Assembly (NCBI RefSeq): GCF_001598795.1
Contig: NZ_BCZP01000030.1
Coordinates: 30,001-62,000, forward strand
Origin: Delftia acidovorans NBRC 14950
GTDB taxonomy: Bacteria; Pseudomonadota; Gammaproteobacteria; Burkholderiales; Burkholderiaceae_C
Reading direction: 5' to 3'
Length of the DNA stretch: 32,000 nt
Made by a program: the position numbers and the translations under genes. Of this stretch, positions 1-9,040 are shown in pieces (the stretch's first letter is position 1; every line of letters begins with the position of its first letter). The notes beneath the pieces were generated by a model. It saw nothing but the letters and a program-made list of their open reading frames with translations. It searched no databases and had not been told where the DNA came from.

Positions 1-217
1 GCTGGCCAACCTGGCAGCGGCGCTGGAGCTGGCCGGCAGCGGCGTGCCGCGGCTGCTGCAGGTGCGCGTGTACCTGGACGACATGGCGCACTGGCCGGCC
101 TTTGACCGCATCTACGCGGACTGGGCCGGCGCGCACCGGCCCGCGCGCGCCGTGGTGCCCACGGGGGCGCTGCATTTCGGGTTGAAGGTGGAGATCGAGG
201 CCGTGGCGCTGGCCTGA
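1..217 (+). CDS. RidA/YjgF (endoribonuclease L-PSP) family protein, C-terminal fragment; 5' end lies outside the window
   Basis: Reading from nt 2 to the TGA at 215-217 gives LANLAAALELAGSGVPRLLQVRVYLDDMAHWPAFDRIYADWAGAHRPARAVVPTGALHFGLKVEIEAVALA*. This is a typical RidA-family C-terminus (..RVYL.DM..F...N..Y...F....PAR..V....LP.G..VEIE..A). It is absent from the ORF track because there is no start in the window. Confidence 0.7.
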   Translation, partial: LANLAAALELAGSGVPRLLQVRVYLDDMAHWPAFDRIYADWAGAHRPARAVVPTGALHFGLKVEIEAVALA

Positions 218-226
218 GAAGGCGTT

Positions 227-244
227 CCGGCCCGGGGGGGCCGG
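227..244. other. GC hairpin between the convergent RidA and corA genes (ccggccc-gggg-gggccgg)
   Basis: A 7-bp perfect stem with a 4-nt loop lies in the 33-nt gap between two convergent stop codons. There is no U-run on either side, so it is at best a non-canonical terminator. Confidence 0.3.
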
Positions 245-250
245 CTGCCG

Positions 251-1237
251 CTACTTCAGCCAGCCGCGCTTGCGGAAGTAGAGCATGGGCCCCACGGCGC
301 TGAGCACCATGAGCCCGATGACGTAGACGTAGCCGAACTCCCATTCCAGCTCGGGCATGAACTTGAAGTTCATGCCGTAGACGCTGGCGATCAGCGTGGG
401 CGGCAGCAGGGCCACGCTGGCCACCGAGAAGATCTTGATGATCTTGTTCTGGTTGATGTTGATGAAGCCGACCGTGGCATCCATCAGGAAGTTGATCTTG
501 TCGAAGAGGAAGGCCGTGTGGCTGTCCAGCGATTCGATGTCGCGCAGGATCTGGCGCGCTTCCTCGAACTGCTCGGCATTGAGCATCTTGGAACGCATCA
601 TGAAGCTGACGGCGCGGCGCGTGTCCATGACGTTGCGGCGGATGCGGCCGTTCAAGTCTTCCTGGCGCGCAATGGCGCCCAGCACCTCGCGGGCCACGTC
701 GTCGGTCACGTCGCCGGACAGCACCATCTGGCTGGCTTTTTCGAGGTCGTCGTAGATGCGCTCCAGCGTGTCGGCCGAGTATTCGGCGTCGGCGTCGAAG
801 AGCTTGAGCAGCACGTCCTTGGCCTCGTCGATCAGGCCCGGCGCGCGGCGCGCGCGCATGCGCAGCAGGCGAAAGACGGGCACGTCCTCGTCGTGGATGG
901 AGAAAAGCACGCCGCAGCTGCGCAGGTTCTTGTTGTGCTCGTTGACGATGAAGGCCACGCGCACCGAACGCGGGTCCTCGTCATCGTCGATCAGGAAGTC
1001 GCTGCGGATGTGCAGCTCGCCGTTGTCTTCCTCGTAGAAGCGGGCGGATTCCTCGATGTCGTCGTCCATCGCATCCTCGGGGATGGACAGCTCGTAGTGC
1101 TGCTTGATCCAGCGCTTTTCCTCGACCGTGGGCGACTCCAGGTCCACCCAGATCGGCTTGAAGCGGGACAGCTCCTCCAGCGACTCGATCTCTTCTTGAA
1201 CCAGGCGGCCATTGGCCAGCGTAAAGATGTTGAGCAT
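251..1237 (-). CDS. corA: Magnesium/cobalt transporter CorA
   Basis: The protein has the YGMNF signature (..ASVYGMNFKFMPELEW..) followed by two C-terminal TM helices, and an acidic cytoplasmic N-domain. I chose the start at MLNIFTLANG (ATG 1237), which has GGAG 7 nt upstream. The track ORF start at 1297 adds 20 non-conserved residues. Confidence 0.92.
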   Translation of the reverse strand: MLNIFTLANGRLVQEEIESLEELSRFKPIWVDLESPTVEEKRWIKQHYELSIPEDAMDDDIEESARFYEEDNGELHIRSDFLIDDDEDPRSVRVAFIVNEHNKNLRSCGVLFSIHDEDVPVFRLLRMRARRAPGLIDEAKDVLLKLFDADAEYSADTLERIYDDLEKASQMVLSGDVTDDVAREVLGAIARQEDLNGRIRRNVMDTRRAVSFMMRSKMLNAEQFEEARQILRDIESLDSHTAFLFDKINFLMDATVGFININQNKIIKIFSVASVALLPPTLIASVYGMNFKFMPELEWEFGYVYVIGLMVLSAVGPMLYFRKRGWLK

Positions 1238-1410
1238 AGGCTCACTCCAGGTGTTCTTCTCAGGCGTGCGGGGTATCGGAGGTGCTTTCAACCCCACAGG
1301 CCAACCGGGAGTTGAAAGCTACCAACTGGGGTAGGTTTCCACGGAGCTTTCTCCAAGATGCAAAGCGTTGGATTATGCAGCGTTGCGCTGCAGCATGCGG
1401 GCCGGCTGCG

Positions 1411-2370
1411 CTATTCGGAAGCGGCTCCAGGGGGCATCTGGCGGCCTGTCACAAAAGCCTGGGCATGGCACAGGTCGGCCCAGGCGCCGGCCTTGGCCTG
1501 GGGGGCGCGCAGCAGGTAGTTGGGGTCGTAGCTGACCACGGCGGGCACGCCCGCAATGCGGTGCGGCTCGGCACGCAGGCGGCCCAGCGCCTCCTGGCGC
1601 TGCAGCACGGCGCGCGCCGTGGCCAGCCCCAGCACCAGCACGCAGGCCGGGCGCAGATCGCGCAGCAGCGCCTCCAGCGATGGCTGCAGCGCCGGGACCT
1701 CGGGCGCCTCCTGTCCTTCGGCCGCAGGCTGCACGCGGTGCAGGGCGGCGCTGTACAGGCGCGGATGGTCCTGCAGGTTCAGCGCGCGCAGCATGTTGTC
1801 CAGCAGCCGGGCCGCGTCGCCTTCGAGCGCGGTGCGCGCGCAGTCGGGGCCGGGGCGCTGGGCGGGTGGCAGGGGCAGCGAGTTGGCGGGCGGCTCCAGC
1901 AGGATCAGCCAGCCGCCTTCGCCGCCATCACCGGCAGGCGGGGTTGCCGCATACACGGGCCGTACGGGGCCCAGCCGCCAGCCCAGCCCGGGGGCGCCGG
2001 CCACGGGCTGCTGCACGTAGCGGCGCGGCGGGCGTTCGCGTTCGGGAATGACGGGGGCGGGAGAGGCATGCACGGGTGCGGGAGGCGGTGGCGCCTGGAC
2101 AGGCGCCTGAACAGGCACCTGAACGCGTGCGGGCGTTGGCGCGGCGACAGGCGCCGGTGCAGCAGGCGCCGGGGAGGGCGCCTCCTGCACGGGCGGCGGC
2201 ACGGGGCGGGCCGCCAGCGGATCTGCCAGGGGCGCCGCTGCAGGCGCATCGGCGGGCGCAGCCAGGGCCTCGGACAGCACGGCGGGTGCGGTCTCGGGCT
2301 CGGGCAGCCAGACGGTGATGCCCATGGCGTGCAGCATGGCCCGCTGGCGGGTGTCTAGATTCAGGGCCAT
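1411..2370 (-). CDS. Uracil-DNA glycosylase superfamily (family-4-like) protein with an N-terminal MALNLDTRQRAMLHAMGITVW motif and a Pro/Ala-rich linker; catalytic motifs are degenerate
   Basis: The C-terminal ~170 aa align by eye with the UDG family 4 layout: WLILLEPPA for ..VGEAPG, GDAARLLDNMLRALNL, PACVLVLGLATARAVL, SYDPNYLLRAPQAKAGAWADL for ..HPAYLLR.P..K...W.DL. The start ATG at 2370 overlaps the rimI stop (2361-2363) by 10 nt. The track start at 2541 would run through rimI. Confidence 0.72.
   Translation of the reverse strand: MALNLDTRQRAMLHAMGITVWLPEPETAPAVLSEALAAPADAPAAAPLADPLAARPVPPPVQEAPSPAPAAPAPVAAPTPARVQVPVQAPVQAPPPPAPVHASPAPVIPERERPPRRYVQQPVAGAPGLGWRLGPVRPVYAATPPAGDGGEGGWLILLEPPANSLPLPPAQRPGPDCARTALEGDAARLLDNMLRALNLQDHPRLYSAALHRVQPAAEGQEAPEVPALQPSLEALLRDLRPACVLVLGLATARAVLQRQEALGRLRAEPHRIAGVPAVVSYDPNYLLRAPQAKAGAWADLCHAQAFVTGRQMPPGAASE
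2090..2125. repeat. Imperfect 12-nt tandem repeat x3 (ggcgcctggaca/ggcgcctgaaca/ggcacctgaacg) inside the UDG-fold gene linker
   Basis: Direct reading of the sequence. On the minus strand it encodes the (V/A)PVQ repeats of the Pro/Ala-rich linker (..RVQVPVQAPVQAPPPP..). Confidence 0.8.
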
Positions 2371-2891
2371 AGCTTGAGGCTCATGAGCACGGCATGCTCG
2401 CGCGGGCCGTCGTGCATGGGGTAGTAGTTCTTGCGCAGGCCCACCTCCTGGTAGCCATGCGCGGCGTAGATGCTGCGTGCGCGGACATTGCTCTCGCGCA
2501 CTTCCAGCCAGATCCATTGGGCCTTGCGCTGGCGCGCCCACAGGGCCAGCGCGTCCAGCAGGATGCGGGCCCAGCCCTGGCGCTGGCGCGACGGGGCCAC
2601 GGTGATGTTGAGCAGGTGGACCTCGTCGAGCACGATCATGGCGACGAAGTAGCCCACCAGTTCGCCCCGGGCATCGACCAGCAGCTGCGCTTCATTGCCG
2701 GCCGCCATGGCATCGATGAAGTTGCCACGGGACCAGGGATGCGAGTAGGCCTGCTGCTCCACAGGCAGCAGCATGTCCAGCCACAGCACGTTCAGCGGCT
2801 CGAAGCGCACGCTGTCCCGCTCCGGCGCCGGAGCCGGGGCGTCGGTCAGGGGCGGCTGCGGCCGCGAGGGCTGTGGCGTGTGCGTGCTCAT
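2361..2891 (-). CDS. rimI: Ribosomal-protein-alanine N-acetyltransferase RimI (GNAT family)
   Basis: GNAT core ..GYFVAMIVLDEVHLLNITVAPSRQRQGWARILLDAL..WLEVRESNVRARSIYAAHGYQEVGLRKNYY.. The gene sits directly downstream of tsaB, which is a conserved pairing. Its ATG at 2891 overlaps the tsaB stop by 4 nt (ATGA). Confidence 0.85.
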   Translation of the reverse strand: MSTHTPQPSRPQPPLTDAPAPAPERDSVRFEPLNVLWLDMLLPVEQQAYSHPWSRGNFIDAMAAGNEAQLLVDARGELVGYFVAMIVLDEVHLLNITVAPSRQRQGWARILLDALALWARQRKAQWIWLEVRESNVRARSIYAAHGYQEVGLRKNYYPMHDGPREHAVLMSLKLWP

Positions 2892-3628
2892 GGTGCGGGC
2901 GGGGTGGCCTCTGGGGTGGGCGTGGCCAGGGCCAGCGCGGCGGCCGCCTTGGCAGCCTCCCGCTCGGCCGTGGTCTGCGCGACTTTATCGCGGATGTAGC
3001 GCGGCAGGGCCTGGTCGGCCGGCAAGGCGCGGTCGGCCGCCAGCAGGGCCGGGGCCAGGCGCAGCATGGCGGCGGCGGTGGGCAGGGCGGCCAGGTGGCT
3101 GGCCTGGGGCGCCAGGCGCTCGCCGTAGGCGGCCAGGGCGTTGCCGGCCACCACGGTGCCGGGCGGCAGTTGCAGGGCCTCGGGCGCGCACAGGCCGAAG
3201 TCGCCGCTTTGCTCGCCAATGTCGTTCCAGCGGCCGTCGCTCCAGTGATAGGCGGCGTGATAGACCTCGTTCATGCGCGCATCGATCACGGCGATGAGGT
3301 CGGTGCAGCCGTATTGCATGCGGGCCTGCTCGGCCACGGCCAGCAGGCTGTCCATGGGCAGCACGGGCACGCGGGCGGCAAAGGCCAGCCCCTGGGCCAC
3401 GGAGCAGGCCGTGCGCAGGCCCGTGAACGAGCCCGGACCCCGGCCGAAGACGATGGCCTGCAGCTCGGCGAATTCCAGGCCGGCCTGGGCCATCAGCGCC
3501 AGGATGGCGGGGATCAGCTCGGTCGAGGTCTGCGGGCCGCCGGGGCCGCTGTGCTCCCAGACGGCATCGCCGCGCTGCACGGCGATGGAGAGGGTGTCGG
3601 TACTGGTGTCTAGGGCAAGAAGATTCAT
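2888..3628 (-). CDS. tsaB: tRNA N6-threonylcarbamoyladenosine (t6A) biosynthesis protein TsaB (YeaZ)
   Basis: N-terminus MNLLALDTSTDTLSIAV.. and the GPGSFTGLR motif. The start is trimmed to ATG 3628; the track ORF start at 3739 adds 37 Arg/Gly-rich residues. Confidence 0.88.
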   Translation of the reverse strand: MNLLALDTSTDTLSIAVQRGDAVWEHSGPGGPQTSTELIPAILALMAQAGLEFAELQAIVFGRGPGSFTGLRTACSVAQGLAFAARVPVLPMDSLLAVAEQARMQYGCTDLIAVIDARMNEVYHAAYHWSDGRWNDIGEQSGDFGLCAPEALQLPPGTVVAGNALAAYGERLAPQASHLAALPTAAAMLRLAPALLAADRALPADQALPRYIRDKVAQTTAEREAAKAAAALALATPTPEATPPAP

Positions 3629-3793
3629 GGCTTGGGGCAGGCGGCGGTGCCGCAGCAAGTGCAGGATTATCGGTGCCCCGCCCGTCCCGCGCCCGGCAGG
3701 GCTGCAATGACCGGCGTAGACTTGCCGGCCATGTTGCATCTTTCGCCGTCTTCTTCCCTTATTTCCTCGATTTCCTCCGCCTTCTCACTCGGA

Positions 3794-5266
3794 ATGCCGC
3801 GTTCACGCCGGGGCTTGGCGGCCGCGCTGCTGGCGGCGTCTGTCCTGCCCGGCGTGGCAAGCGCCCAGGCAGATGCGCCCACTTCGCCGGCCTCGCTGTC
3901 CACCAAGACTGCACGCGAAAGCCGGCTGCCCCCGGCCGTGGAGGCGGCGCTTGCGCGCGCCAAGCTGCCGCGCGACGCGGTCTCGGCCCTGGTGGTCGAG
4001 GTCGATGGCCGGGCTGCCCCGCGCCTGGACTGGCAAAGCCATGTGGCCATGAACCCCGCCTCGGTCATGAAGCTGGTCACCACCTATGCGGCGCTGGACC
4101 AGCTGGGTCCCGCACATGTCTGGCGCACGCCCGTCTTCCTGGGCGGGCCGGTGCAGGACGGCGTGCTGCGCGGGCCGCTGTACATCCAGGGCCAGGGCGA
4201 TCCCAAGCTCGTGATGGAGCGGCTGTGGCTGATGCTGCGCCGCCTGCAGGGCATGGGCATCAAGGTCATCGTGGGCGACATCGTGCTGGACCGCAGCGCG
4301 TTTTCCGTGAGCGGCCATGACGCGGCCACCTTCGACAACGAACCCTGGCGCCCCTACAACGTGGCGCCCGACGCGCTGCTGGTCAACTACAAGGCCGTGA
4401 CCGTGGGCTTCACGCCCGACGCGGCGGCGGGCGTGGCGCGGCTGCAATACGATCCGCCGCTGGCCGGCATCCAGCAGCAGGAAACCGTGCCACTGGCGCC
4501 GGCCGGCAGCGAATGCGGCGACTGGCGCGCCCGGCTGCAGCTGGACATGGCCGACCCGCTGCGCATCGCCTTTGCCGGCCCGTTCCCGGCCAGTTGCGGC
4601 GACAAGAGCTGGTCGCTGGCGCCGGCCCAGCCCGAGGCCTTCGCGGCCCGCGCCATCGAGGGCATGTGGCGCGAGCTGGGCGGCAAGCTCACCGGCACCG
4701 TGCACGACGGCCGCGTGCCGACCGGGCTGCAGCCAGCATTCCAGAGCGAATCGCCTTCGCTGGCCGAGGTGGTGCGCGACATCAACAAGTACAGCAACAA
4801 CGTCATGGCCCAGCAGGTGTTCCTGACCATGGGCATGCAGCGTACGGGCGTGGCCAGCTTCGAGTCCTCGCGCCAGGCCCTGGGCCAGTGGTGGCAGGCG
4901 CGCTGGGGCGCGGCCGATCAGCCCGTGGCCGACAACGGCGCCGGCCTGAGCCGCGAGGCGCGCATCACCGCCTCCGGCCTGGGCCGCATGCTGCAGCAGG
5001 CCTGGGCCTCGCCGGTGATGCCGGAGTTCGTGGCCTCCATGCCCATCGTCGGCGTGGATGGCACGCTGCGCCGCAGCCTCAGCCGGGCCCAGGGCATGGC
5101 GCATCTGAAGACCGGCACGCTGCGCGATGCCTCGGCCCTGGCCGGCTATGTGGACGGGGCCAGCGGCCGCCGCTACGTGCTGGTGGCCATGGCCAACCAC
5201 ACCAACGCCCCGGCCGCGCGCGCGGCCTGGGATGCGCTGGTGGACTGGACGGCGCGCGACCGCTGA
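3794..5266 (+). CDS. dacB: D-alanyl-D-alanine carboxypeptidase/endopeptidase, PBP4 family
   Basis: SxxK (SVMKLVT), SxN (YSNN) and KTG (HLKTGTL) boxes occur in PBP4 order. Signal peptide MPRSRRGLAAALLAASVLPGVASA starts at ATG 3794. Confidence 0.88.
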   Translation: MPRSRRGLAAALLAASVLPGVASAQADAPTSPASLSTKTARESRLPPAVEAALARAKLPRDAVSALVVEVDGRAAPRLDWQSHVAMNPASVMKLVTTYAALDQLGPAHVWRTPVFLGGPVQDGVLRGPLYIQGQGDPKLVMERLWLMLRRLQGMGIKVIVGDIVLDRSAFSVSGHDAATFDNEPWRPYNVAPDALLVNYKAVTVGFTPDAAAGVARLQYDPPLAGIQQQETVPLAPAGSECGDWRARLQLDMADPLRIAFAGPFPASCGDKSWSLAPAQPEAFAARAIEGMWRELGGKLTGTVHDGRVPTGLQPAFQSESPSLAEVVRDINKYSNNVMAQQVFLTMGMQRTGVASFESSRQALGQWWQARWGAADQPVADNGAGLSREARITASGLGRMLQQAWASPVMPEFVASMPIVGVDGTLRRSLSRAQGMAHLKTGTLRDASALAGYVDGASGRRYVLVAMANHTNAPAARAAWDALVDWTARDR

Positions 5267-5289
5267 TCGGGCGCCTTCGCGTCTTGTGC

Positions 5290-5316
5290 AGGGCCTGCTT
5301 TCGCAGGCCCTTTTTC
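5290..5316 (+). terminator. Rho-independent terminator after dacB
   Basis: agggcctgc-tttc-gcaggccct forms a 9-bp stem and is followed by TTTTT, 24 nt after the dacB stop. Confidence 0.7.
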
Positions 5317-5518
5317 ATTGTTTTTCCAGCAAGGACGTTGTCCTACCCACGGGCCATGCGGCGGTCCTTATCGTCTGTTCGCCCGCGTGCGAATTGCCTT
5401 GTCGGCGTGCGATTTCTATCCGTAGTTGCCCGGTGTCGCCAATGCGCAAGTGTCGTTACGATGGCTTTAGCAAAAAAGCACGGTCGTGCTATTCATAACA
5501 CTTCACGGAGATTCCATC

Positions 5519-6652
5519 TTGGCAAATCGTTATCGAATCCTCGCGGCCGCTCTGGCCACGGCCGGCCTGCTGGCCGCTTGCGGCGGCGGCAGCGGCGCCG
5601 ACACCACTCCCCGCGCCAAGATCACTTCCGTCAAGGTGATGGGCGACAGCCTCTCCGACAGCGGCACCTTCGGCTACAAGTTCACCGTGCAGAACGCCAC
5701 GCTGACGGGCGCAGGCTCCAACCAGGTCTGGGCCGAGCGCGTGGCGGGCCTGTACAACATCTCCCTGTGCCCGCGCTTCAACGGCACGGCCTTCACGCCC
5801 AACACCTCGTGCAACAACTACGCCGTGGGCGGCGGCCGCATCAACTACACCAGCGCGCCCACGGCGCCCATCTCCATCACGCAGCAGATCCTGCTGGCCG
5901 GCGCGGCAGGCTTCACGGCCGATGACCTGGCCGTGATCGACGGTGGCGCCAATGACGCGGCCGATGTGATCGGCGCCTTCCTGGCCGCTTCCAGGGACCA
6001 GGGCGCCAACTTCAAGGCGCTGCTGTCCACCAAGATCGACGCGGCCACGCTGGGCGCGCTGCTGCAGCAGGGCCAGACCGGCATGGCCCAGGCCGGTGGC
6101 CTATACATGCAGAACCTGGCCAAGGGCTTTGTCTCCAGCATCCAGACCAATGTGCTGGGCAAGGGCGCCACGCGCGTGGCCATCCTCAACGTGCCCGCCA
6201 TCACGCTGACGCCGCGCTTCCAGCTGGTGCTGCAGTCCGTGGCCCAGCAGCAGGGCTCGGCCGCCGCCGCGCAGCTGGAGACCGTGTTCGACGGCTGGGT
6301 CAAGGCCTTCAACCAGCAGGTCGCGGCCGGCTTCGCGGGCGAGAGCCGCGTGGCCATCATCGACTTCTACAGCGAGTTCCGCCAGCAGATGGCTGACCCC
6401 GCCCAGTACGCCTACACCAACGTGAAAAAGGCGGCCTGCCCTGCCACCGGCGTGGGCGCCGACGGCCTGCCCACCTACAGCTTCCCGACCTGCACCGAGG
6501 CCGCGCTGTCCGCCTCCATTCCCGTGGGCGAGACCAGCGCCAACTGGTGGAAGAGCTATGCCTTTGCCGACAGCTTCCACCCCACGCCCTATGGCCACCA
6601 GCAAATGAGCCAGCTGGCCTCCCGCACCCTGGCCCGCGCAGGCTGGCTGTGA
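5519..6652 (+). CDS. SGNH/GDSL-family esterase/lipase, predicted lipoprotein
   Basis: Block I GDSLSDSG and block V DSFHPT..GH are present, with lipobox LLAAC|GGG near the N-terminus. I prefer the TTG at 5519 (GGAG at 5507-5510, 8-nt spacer). The track start, GTG 5486, is the alternative. Confidence 0.8.
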   Translation: MANRYRILAAALATAGLLAACGGGSGADTTPRAKITSVKVMGDSLSDSGTFGYKFTVQNATLTGAGSNQVWAERVAGLYNISLCPRFNGTAFTPNTSCNNYAVGGGRINYTSAPTAPISITQQILLAGAAGFTADDLAVIDGGANDAADVIGAFLAASRDQGANFKALLSTKIDAATLGALLQQGQTGMAQAGGLYMQNLAKGFVSSIQTNVLGKGATRVAILNVPAITLTPRFQLVLQSVAQQQGSAAAAQLETVFDGWVKAFNQQVAAGFAGESRVAIIDFYSEFRQQMADPAQYAYTNVKKAACPATGVGADGLPTYSFPTCTEAALSASIPVGETSANWWKSYAFADSFHPTPYGHQQMSQLASRTLARAGWL

Positions 6653-6683
6653 TAGCAGACACGCAGCACGAGGAGACACATCC

Positions 6684-7355
6684 ATGAAGACATTCCTGCG
6701 TATCACCGCCGCCGTGGCCATGGCCACGGCCTGCATGGCCGCCACCGCCCAGTCCGCCGGCACCTGGAGCGTGCGCCTGGGCGCCACGCGCATCGATCCC
6801 CAGACCAGCAGCGGCTGGCTGAGCACGCCCAGCTTCCCCGACACCCGCGTGGACGTGAAGGCCAACAGCCAGCTCACGGGCGGCGTGACCTACATGGTCA
6901 CCAACAACTGGGCCATCGACGTGCCCGTGGGCCTGCCGTTCAAGCACGACTTCGTGGGCGATGGCGCCATCTCCGGCACGGGCAAGCTCGGCCGCACCAA
7001 GGTGCTGCCCGCCACCGTGTTCGCGCAGTACCGCTTCGGCGAGGCCAACTCCGCCTTCCGCCCCTACCTGGGCCTGGGCGTGACCTATGCCAAGTTCTTC
7101 GGCGAGCGCACCACGGCCTCCCTCAACGGCCTGACCGGCGGCACGCTGGCCAACCCCACCACGGCCTCGGTGGACAGCAAGTGGGGCCTGACGCCGCAGA
7201 TCGGCTTCGTCTACAACTTCAACGAGCGCTGGTTCCTGGACGTGGCCTACTACAAAAGCTTCCTGAAGACCACGGCACACCTGTCCTCGGGCCAGAGCGT
7301 GTCGCTCAAGCTCAATCCCAACGTCTACGCCATCGGCATCGGATACCGCTTCTGA
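6684..7355 (+). CDS. ompW: Outer membrane protein OmpW family
   Basis: Signal peptide ..AMATACMAATAQS, then the OmpW pattern GTWSVRLGATRIDP...WAIDVPVGLPFKHD...TYAKFF... and C-terminal ..YAIGIGYRF. GGAG RBS lies upstream. Confidence 0.88.
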   Translation: MKTFLRITAAVAMATACMAATAQSAGTWSVRLGATRIDPQTSSGWLSTPSFPDTRVDVKANSQLTGGVTYMVTNNWAIDVPVGLPFKHDFVGDGAISGTGKLGRTKVLPATVFAQYRFGEANSAFRPYLGLGVTYAKFFGERTTASLNGLTGGTLANPTTASVDSKWGLTPQIGFVYNFNERWFLDVAYYKSFLKTTAHLSSGQSVSLKLNPNVYAIGIGYRF

Positions 7356-7374
7356 CAGGTCGCAGTCCCCAAAG

Positions 7375-7401
7375 AAAAACCAGCCCGCGGGCTGGTTTTT
7401 T
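7375..7401. terminator. Bidirectional rho-independent terminator shared by ompW (+) and mmsA (-)
   Basis: aaaaa-ccagcc-cgcg-ggctgg-tttttt: the stem is flanked by an A-run and a T-run, so either strand reads stem plus U-tract. It lies between the two convergent stops (7355 and 7420). Confidence 0.78.
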
Positions 7402-7419
7402 CATGGAGCGGGCCTGCGC

Positions 7420-8958
<1,539 letters not shown>

Positions 8959-9012
8959 GCCAGCCAGTCTAGGAGTGCGCCTTCGGCCTGCCTAGGCGCT
9001 GCGCTTGAATTG

Positions 9013-9034
9013 ATTGTTCATTTTGCTGAACAAT
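9013..9034. promoter_or_regulatory. Perfect inverted repeat ATTGTTCA-N6-TGAACAAT (LysR-type T-N11-A box) in the mmsA/LysR divergent region
   Basis: 8-bp perfect arms with a 6-nt spacer, 7 nt upstream of the LysR ATG (9041) and 55 nt from the mmsA start. Confidence 0.5.
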
Positions 9035-9040
9035 CCCTGC

